Assembly: GCF_006345805.1 (NCBI RefSeq)
Contig: NC_042999.1
Span: forward strand, 3,968,001-4,032,000
Direction of reading: 5' to 3'
Source: Octopus sinensis
Taxonomy: Eukaryota
DNA length: 64,000 nucleotides
Shown in pieces: positions 49,758 through 61,662 of this stretch. The position numbers and the translations under genes were made by a program. A model generated the notes under the pieces. The model made no database searches. It was not told where the DNA came from and worked only from the letters and a program-made list of their open reading frames with translations. Each line of letters starts with the position of its first letter. Position 1 is the stretch's first letter.

Positions 49758-50767
49758 CTGCAAAAGAAAAAAAGATAATATAGCAGACAATATTGAAGGG
49801 ATTGAAAACAAGCACTTTCTTCTTCAATGAAGCTTGCATCAGTCTCTGTAGATTCTTCTGATGCTTTCCTGTGAATTTACTGAAAGATGGCAAGAATAGC
49901 CTGCAATAAATGGGTCTACTCTAATGTTGTGCCTGTGGGCTGAAGAATGCATCTGAGAGAGGGTACTTACCCTTGGTTAGTCAGAGTAACTCTGGATCTG
50001 TGGGGATCCTTTGATTGATCTCTAATGGTTGTCTCCCAAATGAGACATTTACTTTCTTTCTTTTTGTACATAATTGTTTCGAAGCCTGTTTCCACCCCAC
50101 CCCACTACTTTTTTTTCTATTTCATAATCAGTTCTGCAAAACCTCCTAAAGCCTTTTTGTCCTCGATTTGACTTTGTGGCAAATAAAAAAATTATTGTTG
50201 TTGTTGTTGGTGTTGCTGTTTACACCTGCATCATATTATTCATGTTAAGATCCCCATTACCTTTATGATCACCATTAATCAATATCAGCTCTGCTTTCAT
50301 CCTATTACTCATGGTCTCTTCCACCTTAATTACTCCCATAACACTACTTCTGAACATTGCCTTATATAAGTATAAACATTAGTTTTATTACTGTTGTAAT
50401 GCAACTAGTGCTGATAGTCCCTCCTCTAAGCTTTTGTATCATTATGCCCAGGCTACATTCATAAATATCAATCAAACTACAGAGATTAGCTTGCACACTC
50501 ATAATATGAGCATGTGTGTGCGTGTGTGTGTGTGTGTGATATACTCAACTGCTCATGCTAATTCAACGAACAAGTTATTTAGTTGATTGAACAACTTTAT
50601 ACTCATGGTTGGAAATTCTGAGATCCACCTCTTTTATGTATACATAACTACATACATTTATAAATCAATGCAGATGTGTGCTTATATAATATCCATCCAC
50701 CCACCCATCTATCCATCCATCCATCCATCCATCCATGCATCCATCCATGCATACATACATACATACA

Positions 50768-51181
50768 AACAAAAATACCTTGTTGTTGATGTTGAAATTC
50801 CAGTGAAGGAGCCTTGGATCTAGGTTACAAACCGGTTCTTTCTCTATTGGTAAGAAATCTTGAAATAAACTGAATAGTGACATACATACATTAGGTTTCT
50901 CAAAAACAGAAAGGAGAAAGCTAATTTGAAAACTACAGATCCAATCCATCACTGGAACTGTAAGAATCTAAAACTTTCCAGAAGTTTATAATTTAAATAT
51001 GTATGAGCATGTCTAGATATGTAACTATATGCATGAGAAAACATACATAAAACATACATACATACATACAAACAAAAATACCCTGTTGTTGATGTAATAC
51101 CAATGAAGAAACCTTTGATCTAGGTTAGAAACCGGTTCTTTCTCTAGTGGCAAGAAATCTTGAAATAAACTGAATAATGAC
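50768..51181 (+). mobile_element. Two direct copies (50768-50881, 51069-51181) of an approximately 115-bp element; third copy at 57115-57226 (minus)
   Basis: Shared 'ccaatgaaggagccttggatctaggttagaaaccggttctttctct...aagaaatcttgaaataaactgaa'; each copy is flanked by (ACAT)n. Confidence 0.85.
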
Positions 51182-51234
51182 ATACATACAATGCATGCAT
51201 GCATATATTATAACATGCATGCATGCATACATAT

Positions 51235-51437
51235 ACTCTTTTACTTGTTTCAGTGATTTGACTGCGGCTATGCTGGAGCACCGCCTTTAATCGAGCAACT
51301 CGACCCCAGGACTTATTCTTTTGTAAGCCCAGTACTTATTCTATCGGTCTCTTTTGCCGAACCGCTAAGTAACGGGGACATAAGCACACCAGCATCGGTT
51401 GTCAAGCAATGCTAGGGGGACAAACACAGACACACAA

Positions 51438-51472
<35 letters not shown>

Positions 51473-51632
51473 CGACGGGCTTCTTTCAGTTTCTGTCTAC
51501 CAAATCCATTCACAAGGCTTTGGTCGGCCCGAGGCTATAGTAGAAGATACTTGCCCAAGGTGCCATGCAGTGGGACTGAACCCGGAACCATGTGGTTGGT
51601 AAACAAGCTACTTACCACACAGCCACTCCTAT
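51235..51632 (-). mobile_element. SINE family A, full length
   Basis: Reverse complement of 36876-37265 at high similarity. Confidence 0.9.
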
Positions 51633-53673
51633 GTAAATTATGTATAAACATAATTTAACATGAAACTGAAACATTAGTCCATAGTTTTCAGTTGTGTATT
51701 TGTCTATTATACAAGGGAAAGGTCAACTGCAATTTCAAAGTTTCAGCTTGTTTGCCTTCATCAGATTGTTACATAAGTTTGTGTCTATGTATGTGTGTGT
51801 ATGCATTGTGCATGTGTGTGTGCATATATGTGTGTGTGTGCAATGTGCATGTGTGTGTGTGCATGTTTGTGTGTTTCTATGTTTGCATGCATAAACATTG
51901 TGCAGTGGTTGCAGTGAGAATTAGCAGACCACATTGATCCCAGTACATATTTAAGTTCAGCACATATTAATCAATCTCTGTTTGTCAAACTGCTAAATTA
52001 CAGTAGATAGAAGAACTCGACATAAACATTGGCTTTGCCTTGGTTGTTTTTATCTTTTTTAATATTTCACTGGAGTTTTTGTTTTGCAATGTTGATTTAA
52101 TTATTGTGTTCTGAAGCAAACTGTAAACCTTAAGATCAGATTTTGGTTGTTCTATGTCTTTCTAAAAGCTAAGCTTCACAATTGTTTAAACATTGAAGTA
52201 CTTCAATCATGCAATTGATTTTTCTGTAAGTTGTTGAACTTCGGGTTATAACCTGATTGAGCAGGTGTTTCAGATGTGATTACCCCATCTCTTCTTTACA
52301 TACACAGTCTGGGATTACATAATCCAGTGTTTCTTTACTTCAATATGAGGGATTGTCAAATATGTCCTTTGTATTGAGGCAATACAGTTTGAGGAACATC
52401 TGGTTGTTATTTCTAACAGGTCTCACAGTTATGTAGAGACTCATAACGTTGGAAGTATTTAAAACAACTTTCTATATTTAATTAACATTGATCTTTCCAG
52501 CATTTAGTACTATTATTCTTACAAAACAATATATTTACTGTTGTTTAACTCAGTTACACCTGCCAAACTACACCCTCTTATGTAATTTATATATTTTTTC
52601 CTATTATATTTACTAAATTTCTCAAAAAAACAAGTTTTCCTGTTTTCATTTGTTTTGTTTTTCCTAATCTAATTCTGTATGGAAGCTTTTACATTTTCAA
52701 GCTTCTGCTTTCATCTTGGCATAAATAAAAACAATAGTCAATAACATGTAAAAATTAATTGAGATAATTTGAAAGCATTTTGTTTTAGAACCAGTTCAAT
52801 GTATCTTTTACTCAGCAAGTAAAGGGAAGAACTTGAAACAAATAATTGAGTACAAATGTTTTAAAATGTCACATATTATTACTACTGCACTAACCCTATT
52901 AATCTATTAATGATGAGTAATTTTTCATATGCATAAAGAGGTAAAAAAATACATACATGCACACACACACATGCACACACACACACACACACACATATAC
53001 ACAACATAAAAATATAAAACAGACAGAGAAAGCAAAATGACTTTAGCGTCAATTTAGACAATTACATTGATTATAACTTATTTGATTTCTTAATTAATCA
53101 TTGCTTGAAATCATACAATTAACACACTTGATGAATGTTTTTATGCTGTTACTATTATATATATCTTTTTATAAAATCTGTTTAATATGCATCATAGCAT
53201 CCTAAAGACATTACCAAACCAAACAATCAACAAACAATTCATATCAACAATATCATTATGGTAATTTACTGAGAAAAGTTTTGCCAGACTTAAAGTTTTG
53301 TGAGTTTCAGAAATTTCTTAAGAAATACCAATACTGCTTATGTTTTAATTGTATACAGAGAAAAGAAGAGGGCTTCAATATCAGCAATTTTGCTCTTACC
53401 TGTTTCGGTCATTGGAGTGTAATCATGCTGGAGCATTGCTTTAACGGGTTTAGTTAGTCATACAAATCAACCTCAGTACTTGTTATTTAGTAGTTATTGT
53501 GTTAGTTTCTTTTTTGCCTACAAGAATGTAAACAAAGCAACAGTTGTTGTCAAACAGTGAAGCGCCAAACAGGGACACACATAGTCACATACATACTTAC
53601 ATATATATATATTATCGATGTTTAACGTCCGTTCTCCATGCTAGCATGGGTTATATATATATATATATATACA

Positions 53674-53980
53674 TATAAAATATTATTAGAGACAAAACCA
53701 CTATTTTGCAAAACAAACAAGGAAAGACTTAATCAATACATAAAATTTTAATAAATAGTCAAAAAAACCGCCACTACAGGTGGACTTCCAATAAGTCAGT
53801 TTCAAATTACTTCATAATTTGAAACTGACTTATTGGAAGTCCACCTGAAGATTGTCGATCAAGACAAGAAACGATTGTAGTGGCGGTTTTTTTGACTATT
53901 TATTAAAATTTTATGTATTGATTAAGTCTTTCCTTGTTTGTTTTGCAAAATAGTGGTTTTGTCTCTAATAATATTTTATA
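53674..53980. repeat. About 307-bp fold-back; the right arm contains a hammerhead absent from the left arm
   Basis: Left arm 53674-53809, 5-nt apex CTTCA, right arm 53815-53980 with a 30-nt insert (53848-53877). Confidence 0.9.
53841..53883 (+). ncRNA. Type I hammerhead ribozyme motif, canonical core, GUA site
   Basis: Stem I CCAC/GTGG; CTGAAGA 53845-53851; stem II TTGTC-gatcaa-GACAA; GAAA 53868-53871; AC-gatt-GT; GTA 53877-53879. Confidence 0.75.
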
Positions 53981-54096
53981 ATATTTTACTATAAAATTGG
54001 ATTTAATCCTAAATCTGATTTTTTCCCTGTAAATTTGGATTTATTCCCTAATATTTATTATTTATATATACATATATATATATATACATATATACA

Positions 54097-54127
<31 letters not shown>

Positions 54128-54173
54128 CTATACATATATATATATACATGTATATATATATATTTGTTATATA

Positions 54174-55479
54174 TGAGGTGGTATCAAAATGTTTCTGGAC
54201 TAGTTCTCTAGCATGCCATCAGATAGCAGCACACAGTTGAGTGCACTGGGAAAGCTAGCAGTGACCATCATGAGGTAGTGTGCAGAGTGACATCACTGTG
54301 TTTACCTAGCAAGTTGTGAAATTTGAATTTCTATGGTCATGTGTTTGCTGTAGTCAGCGATTTTGTCATGGACAGGAAGTTGGTACAAAGAGCCAGTGCA
54401 AAAAAGTTTGTATTAAACTTTGGAAGTCTGCTACAGAGACATTGAACATTCTTTGGCAAGCTTACAGCAACAAGGCAATGAGTTTTATGCAATGTTTCAA
54501 GTAGCACAGGTGCTTCAAAAGCAGAACACCCCTGGAAGATGATAAGCAATCTGAAAGACCTACCACAAGCGTCACCCACCAAAATGTGGAGAAAATTCAT
54601 CAGCTTGTGCATGAGGATCGTCGGAGGACAATCATTGACATTTCTAATGTTGTTGGTCTGTCATATGGGTCCATGCAGAGAATCCTAACCCTAATTGAAC
54701 ATGCAGCATGTCTCTACCAAGTTTGTCCCCTGGCTGCTGACCACTAAGCAGAAAGAACATTGCATTGAAGTCTGTCAAGATCACTGTCAGCTTGCAGCTG
54801 ATGACCCATTCTTCATGTCAGGAATCATCACTAGGGATGAAGGTTGGGTCCATGGGTAAGACTTTGAGACAAGGCAGCAGTCATCACAATGGAAGAGCCC
54901 TTCATTTCTCTGACTGAAGAAGGCACGACAGAGCTGTAGCTCAATCAAGAGCATGCACGTAATTTTCTTTGACATCTATGGTATTGTGCATTGAGAATTC
55001 ATCCCCCAGGGCCAGACCATCTATCAAGAATTCTACTGCAACATTTTGAAGAGGGAGGACATTCAGTAAAAATGACCAGATCTGTGGAGTACAGAGAATT
55101 GGATTCTTCATGATGATAATGGACTCTGTCACCGAGCTCTCCTCACTTGTGAGTTTCTCACCAAAAAACAGCATGGTACCACTTTTGTGCTCACCCTATT
55201 TGCCAAATTTAGCACCTGTGGACTTCCATCTCTTCCCCAAGATGAAAATGCAGCTTGTTTTAACACTGTTGTTGAGATTCAGAGAAAATCACAGAAGGTC
55301 TTCGACTGAATTGTGGAAAATGATTTCCAGGCCAGATTCCAAATGTGGCAGGAATGCTGGGACTGGTATATTGTTATGCAAGGTGACTATTTCGAAAGAG
55401 ATGATGTTAAAACTTAGGTAAATAAGCTATTTTTTATTAAGCATTACTAATACTGGAACATTTTGATAATACCACCTTG
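54174..55479 (+). mobile_element. Full-length (1.3 kb) mariner DD34D transposon, decayed transposase
   Basis: TA-flanked imperfect TIRs (gaggtggtatcaaaatgttt / aacattttgataataccaccttg). KLWKSATET...EDDKQSERPTTS, IITRDEGWV, HDDNGLCH followed after 34 residues by D in PYLPNLAPVDF. Many stops and frameshifts. Confidence 0.92.
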
Positions 55480-55487
55480 TACATATA

Positions 55488-55640
55488 TATATATATATAA
55501 AGATGAGAATGTGTGTCTGTCTGTCTGTGTGTCTGTGTGAATCCCTAAAACTTGAGAACTACTCAACCAATTTCATTCAAATTTTCCACATGCCTTACTT
55601 AGGGTCTATGTAGTGTCATAGGCAAAAAACATTTGTCACA
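55488..55640 (+). mobile_element. Possible 5' fragment of a non-autonomous Helitron
   Basis: 'tatatataaagatgagaatgtgtgtctgtctgt...aatccctaaaacttgagaactac...aatttcattcaaattt' has a similar layout to the start of 32768; no 3' end found. Confidence 0.45.
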
Positions 55641-55739
55641 CATCTACACGTGAAGGTCACCAGCCACAGTCCACGCACGCATATTTACACACTCTCACAT
55701 GCACATGCACCTTTGTTTTAGGATCACCACTATTATCTC

Positions 55740-55970
55740 CCCTTCTTCCTAGCTCTCCTGTCTGACTACCTCCGTCCAGCCAGTCACCATGATTGACCTT
55801 CAGCCACTGAAGCTTTTTTTTATTCTCTCTCTATTTTCTCATGTTCCTTTCTGTTGCAGAGCATAGGCTCGAAATGTAAAAGACTTTCTCACCTTCCCAA
55901 GCATTAAACTAATAAACCTGTTTGTTGTTTATACACTTGTCTTCGTCTTTTGTTTTTTTGTAAATTCCAA
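55740..55970 (+). mobile_element. Short element with degenerate hammerhead-like motif (4430 family)
   Basis: 'cctttCTGTTGCagagcataggctcGAAAtgtaaaagac' plus the family's downstream tract. Confidence 0.6.
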
Positions 55971-57414
55971 CTATATATATATGTATATAATGCATATGTA
56001 CATCTACATATGTTTATGTATATGTGTTTGAATGTGTGTGTGTGTAAAACAGTCTTCCACATAGTTTCTATTTACCAAATTCACTCACAAGGCATTGGTC
56101 ATTCCAGGGTTTTTGTAGAAGACATTTGCCCTAGGTGCTGCAGAATGGGATTGTACTTGAAGCCACATGGTTGCAAAAGCAATCTTTTCAGCCACACTAC
56201 CAATCTTTTCAGCCTGCACCAATACACCCACACATACACATACGAACACACACACATTTATGAATGGTTTTACTTCCTGGAATACTTTGGCTGAATTAAT
56301 CCACACCCTGCTGTGATTTGCACAAAGAGGATAATTACTCATTCCGTGCTTTGTGCTGTTAAGTCTCATTATGCCATCTGAAATGCTCATTTCTCTCTGA
56401 GATCAATAATACTGGTTACCTTTAATCATGCTCAAATCCAATTACTGGAAAGGAGAAATACAGTGAATTGAATCAACTTTAGTATGTACAGCATTATTTT
56501 ATCAATCTCAGTAGAGAGAAAAGCAAAGTTGCTCTGTCATTTGAACTAAAAACATTGATAAAACTAATATTCTCAAGCATGTTTTGTGTTCTATTATCTC
56601 TACTCACTCATTTGTTTTTGTTGGTTGAAAATATCAGGAGTGTCAATACATTAAAGAAATCATTTGAAACTGACCAATCTGGAAAAAAAGTACTTAGCCA
56701 TGAGCCATGTATTTTTTACTCTATCTTTTCTGGTGTATACATAATCTAAACTTAACCAGTCATACATAGAGATCAGATAAAATGAACTAAAGAAATTACA
56801 CAAACCTATTAAACTTTAAGTTGCATAGAGCCAAATCAAACTGTTATCAAATGAATATTATATGTAACTGTCACCAAATGTGTGGAGTACTGCTTCCTTT
56901 CATTTGTCCACTCATTTCATCATCATCATTTAATGTTCATTGTCCATACTGGCATGGGTTAGACAGTTTGACTAGGGCTTGTAAGCTAAGGAGCTGCACC
57001 AAATTCCAGTCTGATTTGACATGGTTTCTGCAGCTGGATGCTCTTCCTAACACCAACCACTCCAAAAGTGTAAGGTGTAAAACCACTTTGAGAGTTTATA
57101 TAAATATATGTATGGTGTTGTTCAGTTTATTTCAAGATTTCTCACCAATAGAGAAAGAGCTGGTTTCTAACCTAGATCCAAGGCTCCTTCATTGGAATTT
57201 TAACATGAACAACAGGATATTTTTGTATGTATGTATGTTTGTATGTATGTATTCATGTATGTATGTATAGATATACACACATGTGCACACAGGCATGTGT
57301 ATGTATGTTTGCATGTGTATGCATAATACATACATATGTGTGTATGTGTACTGGACTTTATTGATTTTCTAATTTATAACTGAAAGTGCATATAACATAT
57401 GATGAACATATAAT

Positions 57415-57630
57415 CCTTTCTTTTATAGGCACAAGGCCTGGAATTTGTGGGGAGGTGGATAGTCAATCACATCGACCCCAGTCCTTGACTGGTACTTAAT
57501 TTATTGAACCTGAAAGGATGAAAGGCAAAGTCAACCTTGGTTGAATTTGAACTCAGAACATAGCAATGGGTGAAATACTGCTAAGCATTTCATCCTGTGT
57601 GCTAAAGATTCTGCCAGCTCACCACCTTAT
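57415..57630 (-). mobile_element. SINE family B
   Basis: Reverse complement of the 34242 pattern. Confidence 0.8.
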
Positions 57631-58699
57631 ATGATGAACATATAATACTGTGTCTAAAGAGTATTGCTGTGCTTTATATACGAATATTCTGACAAGATCA
57701 AAAACATTTACTAGTGCTTAGGCTGCCCAAGATTTCCTTGAAATTTTATTTAGGCTTATTTCACATGGCAGATAATGGGTACAAGACACATTTTATAGTA
57801 TCATAGGCCTTGAAATGTTACTATATAATTCACTGAAATCATATAGTACTAAATATTGGCTTGCTCTTACTTGCAACATTAATAAACATTAATTTAGAAT
57901 TTGCAACAATATTTCATAGGATTTAATCTAGCCATATCCAACCAAAATATCCTACTTGTTTTATGTTCAAGCCAGACAGATCAGGCCTCTCACAGTTACC
58001 TTACAACATCGATTTAAGAATAAGCAATCACATTATATTAATCTTGAAGCTACAAGATAAAATATGATTAATTCAAAACAATGTGAATAGATAAGCATTA
58101 CATTTGACAGAGTTATCTGAATGCTAAAGGGTTAAATGATAAGTATGTATGTTTGCAAAAATTTAACATTAAGCAACTTTAAGCATTTATTCCGAGCCAT
58201 AAAATGACAGAATGAATTATAGTAGCTTAAATCATGTTGACTTTTATATAGGGCCAGTGCTGAAGATTTAAAAAATCTGGTGGTATTAAAAAAGGAAAAA
58301 TATATAGCAAATATCTTTTTTCATCTTAATCATGGTATCCATACCTGTCAACAAAGAATTGCTGTAAACTGTTTGAACTACATTTAGAAAGAAGTAAAAA
58401 TTGAATCATCATATTTACTCTGTATTGTCACCTTCTGCTTTTGCACTACTATTTTGGGCTGATTATGTTTTTATATTGGTACCAAGTTGTAATGGTACTT
58501 GACTTCCACTTGGATAGCACAGATACAGAGAGACTAACCGAATGACCAAGCATGTGCACTGGCTTCATTGTAGAGCTAGCCTGGTGCAATGAATTGAGTG
58601 CCAACTCTTACTTTTATATGATAAAACTTGATATGATACAGAATATTAGAGGATTAAATAATTCAAAGTCCATTTATTGGAATGAAAATAGATGAAAAT

Positions 58700-59045
58700 A
58701 TAGGTGCAGGCATGGCTCTGGCTTCAGTTCCACTGCATGGAGCATTGAATAAATGTCTTCTACTATAGCCCTGGGCTGATCAAAGCCTTGTGAGCAGATT
58801 TGGTTGATGGAACCTGAAAGAAGCCCATCATGTGTGTGTGTGTATGAAATGCATGTGTATGTTTGTGTGTGTCCCTCACCACCATTTGACAGCCAGTGTT
58901 GGTTTGTTTACATCCCTGCAACTTAGTGGGTCAGCAAAAAAGAGGCTGATAGGTTAAGCATCAGGCTCAAGAAAATAAATAAGTACTGGAGTGGATTTGT
59001 TTGAGTTAATCCTTCAAGGTGCGTTCCAGTATGTCTGCAAGCTGA
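58700..59045 (+). mobile_element. SINE family A, decayed and partly deleted
   Basis: 'cagttcccactgcatgg...tgtcttctactatagccctgggctgatcaaagccttgtgag' plus the 3' part. Confidence 0.75.
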
Positions 59046-59627
59046 GAAAAATAAAAGAATAAAAAATTTTTTTTTTAAATAAAAGACTGGGAGAAATAAA
59101 AGAATAATAGAAAAATGTTTCTCGGTAAAACTTATAATGTTTGACCAGAGTAGTAATTTATTGCCATAAATATGCACTGATATGTTGGTCTCTAGAATCT
59201 ACTAGTTATGGGCAACAGCAATTTACTAACTTGAAATATTCACCTCATTAAGATATTTCTAGATTTATTGCAAGATCAGTTAATGTTTGGTTTCATGATG
59301 TGACTTGCTAGCAAGTGAACATAACCCAAATCCATATTCTTCTACATAGATCTGGTAAATGCACATGATGGCTTGCTTGTGTCTAAGTACAGGTCATCGT
59401 ATCACCTTTTGAAATATACCATTTCAAGGAACCTTGAGAATGTAAAGTAATTTTGTATTTTGAATTCAAGGATTGATTACTTCTTGGACAGAATGTAACC
59501 AACCCTTACGTTTGAGAATCTGAAGTGATGCAAAATGTCAACTGTACACAGGTCAAATAGACACACATAATGAAAATTGCAGAGGATAAATGATACACAC
59601 ATGCACACACACATATACATGTAAATG

Positions 59628-59661
<34 letters not shown>

Positions 59662-59781
59662 ATACACACATGCACACACACACACATATACATGTAAATA
59701 ATATATATATATGTATACACACACACACATATATATTATATATCCATATGTGTGTATGTGTGGTGGGTTTGTGTATGTATG

Positions 59782-59824
<43 letters not shown>

Positions 59825-59825
<1 letters not shown>

Positions 59826-59872
59826 GGCCTGCTGATGATTACGTAAGTATGAAATCACTGTGATACAGGTCT
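59825..59872 (+). ncRNA. Type I hammerhead ribozyme motif, canonical core, AUA site
   Basis: Stem I AGGCCTG/CAGGTCT (7 bp, one GU); CTGATGA 59832-59838; stem II T-TAC-gtaa-GTA-T (first pair U.U); GAAA 59851-59854; near-palindromic ATCACTGTGAT; ATA 59863-59865. Confidence 0.7.
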
Positions 59873-60995
59873 ATATTTTTAAATGTCTTACTTTGAAAAA
59901 TTGCATTCGGTGGGATTAGTAATATTTTTGGTAGAAATGACTGATTGTCCCTCTTAGCGTTTGGCATGTATGTATAATGCCCTCTATATATAAATATATA
60001 TATATACGTATATAACACTCATACATATATGCATACACATATATACATATGTATACACATGCGCACACACACATATATATATTATAGTTTATATAATACA
60101 TTGCTCATGGCATACATAGCTAATATATTACAGGGTTTTCCATATTACTAGTGAGATTCTGTGTCTGTGCCTAGAAAGTTTCCCACCATTGTGCAGGCCT
60201 GGGCAATGTTTCTTCTTATAAAAGGTTGATTAATTGTTGCCTATAGGGGAAAGTTTCCTATCTCTATGCCATGACGCTGCTTAGGAGAAGGCAAGAGCCA
60301 GTAATGTTTGGGACCAGTATTGTTGCAGGCAAAGAGGTGGAAAAGATACCATAAGGCATCACGTTTATTGTTCTATTTGTTCTGGTAATTTATCATTTTG
60401 GTTTGGCACTTCATTTATTGGCCCAGGAGGGTGAAAGGCAAAGTTGACCTCAGCAAATTTTAAACTCAGGGCATTGTCATCATCATCATCATCACCATCA
60501 TTATTTTAATATTTACTGTATCATACTTGCATGGGTCTGAAAGAAATTGTTGAGGTGGATCTTATACAGCTGGATGCCATTTCTGTTGCTAATCCTTACC
60601 TGTTTCCAAGACTGAACATGTTTCCATGGAATATTGGAAACAAATGATATTGCTTCTTTGATGATAAAACTAGTTTGTAACTATCATGTGTTGTTAAAAC
60701 AAAAATACATGAACACACACACACATACATGCACTTATATAGACACACACACTCATTCCCATTCACACACATACAACAGGTTCCTTTTAATTTCCATTCA
60801 CTAAACTCACCCATGAGGCTTTGTAGAAGAGATACAGCAAGATGTTCTATCCAGCAATCTAATGATTCTGTCAATTCAGTTAGCATAGTTCCATATTTAA
60901 TCTAGGTTTGACTATTTTTAAACATTATCTATATTCAGAAAATTTGAATAAATGGTTACTTCATGATATTTCTGTCAAGTGCAGTTCCCTTGAAA

Positions 60996-61207
60996 TTTGC
61001 TTTTACCAAATAGAATTGTTAAGGTTCCATTAACATTTTCTGAGGTTATGGACTATTTATGTAACACAATGTTCTATACAACTTGTATAAGATATTCAGA
61101 AAGATTTTGCTTTTACTAAGTACAGTTGTTTCATTAACATTTTCTGATGTTACGGACCATTTACATAAAACATTGTTCTTCACAACTTATATAAGATATT
61201 GAAGAAA
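60996..61207. repeat. Old two-unit tandem repeat (about 105-110 bp)
   Basis: 60996-61104 resembles 61105-61207 (cattaacattttctga...ggac.attta...acaactt.tataagatatt). Confidence 0.75.
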
Positions 61208-61468
61208 TGAGTAAGGGTTGCAGGTTATTGATATAGTGTGATTATATTTTGAAAATGTTACTGTTGTGTTATGATTCCATTTTAGAACATAGTTTCTTGT
61301 GTCTAGCAGCATTGTCAAACACATAAATGAAGTTATCTAATAGTTCCTGAGTAGAGAGAGAACAGGTTAACCAGGAAGCATTATCTTTTTATGGCTTGTC
61401 ACAGTTGTTATTTGAAATATGAGTTTTCTTATCATTTATATTCATGGTTCTGTAGCAGAGCACTATAT

Positions 61469-61536
<68 letters not shown>

Positions 61537-61612
61537 TGTATATAAAAATATTTTTTCGTAATGAGATAAAAAAACCAAGGCTGCGTAGATTATAGAACAT
61601 TTATAGATAAAA

Positions 61613-61662
61613 GGTCTTACAGCTGTTTCCAGGATATTTATTATATTCCTTCATCAGAGATC
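61613..61662 (-). ncRNA. Minimal type I hammerhead motif (minus strand), GUA site
   Basis: gatct-CTGATGA-aggaatat aataa atatcctg-GAAA-cagct-GTA-agacc; 8-nt palindrome ACAGCTGT; the stem II junction is imperfect. Confidence 0.6.

Noticed and set aside
51728-51770. Minus-strand CTGATGA...GAAA
   Set aside because: Only 2 bp of stem II and no UH triplet positioned with a stem I partner.
58556-58601. 46-nt imperfect hairpin
   Set aside because: The stem is about 17 bp with mismatches and has no basal extension; too short for a pre-miRNA.
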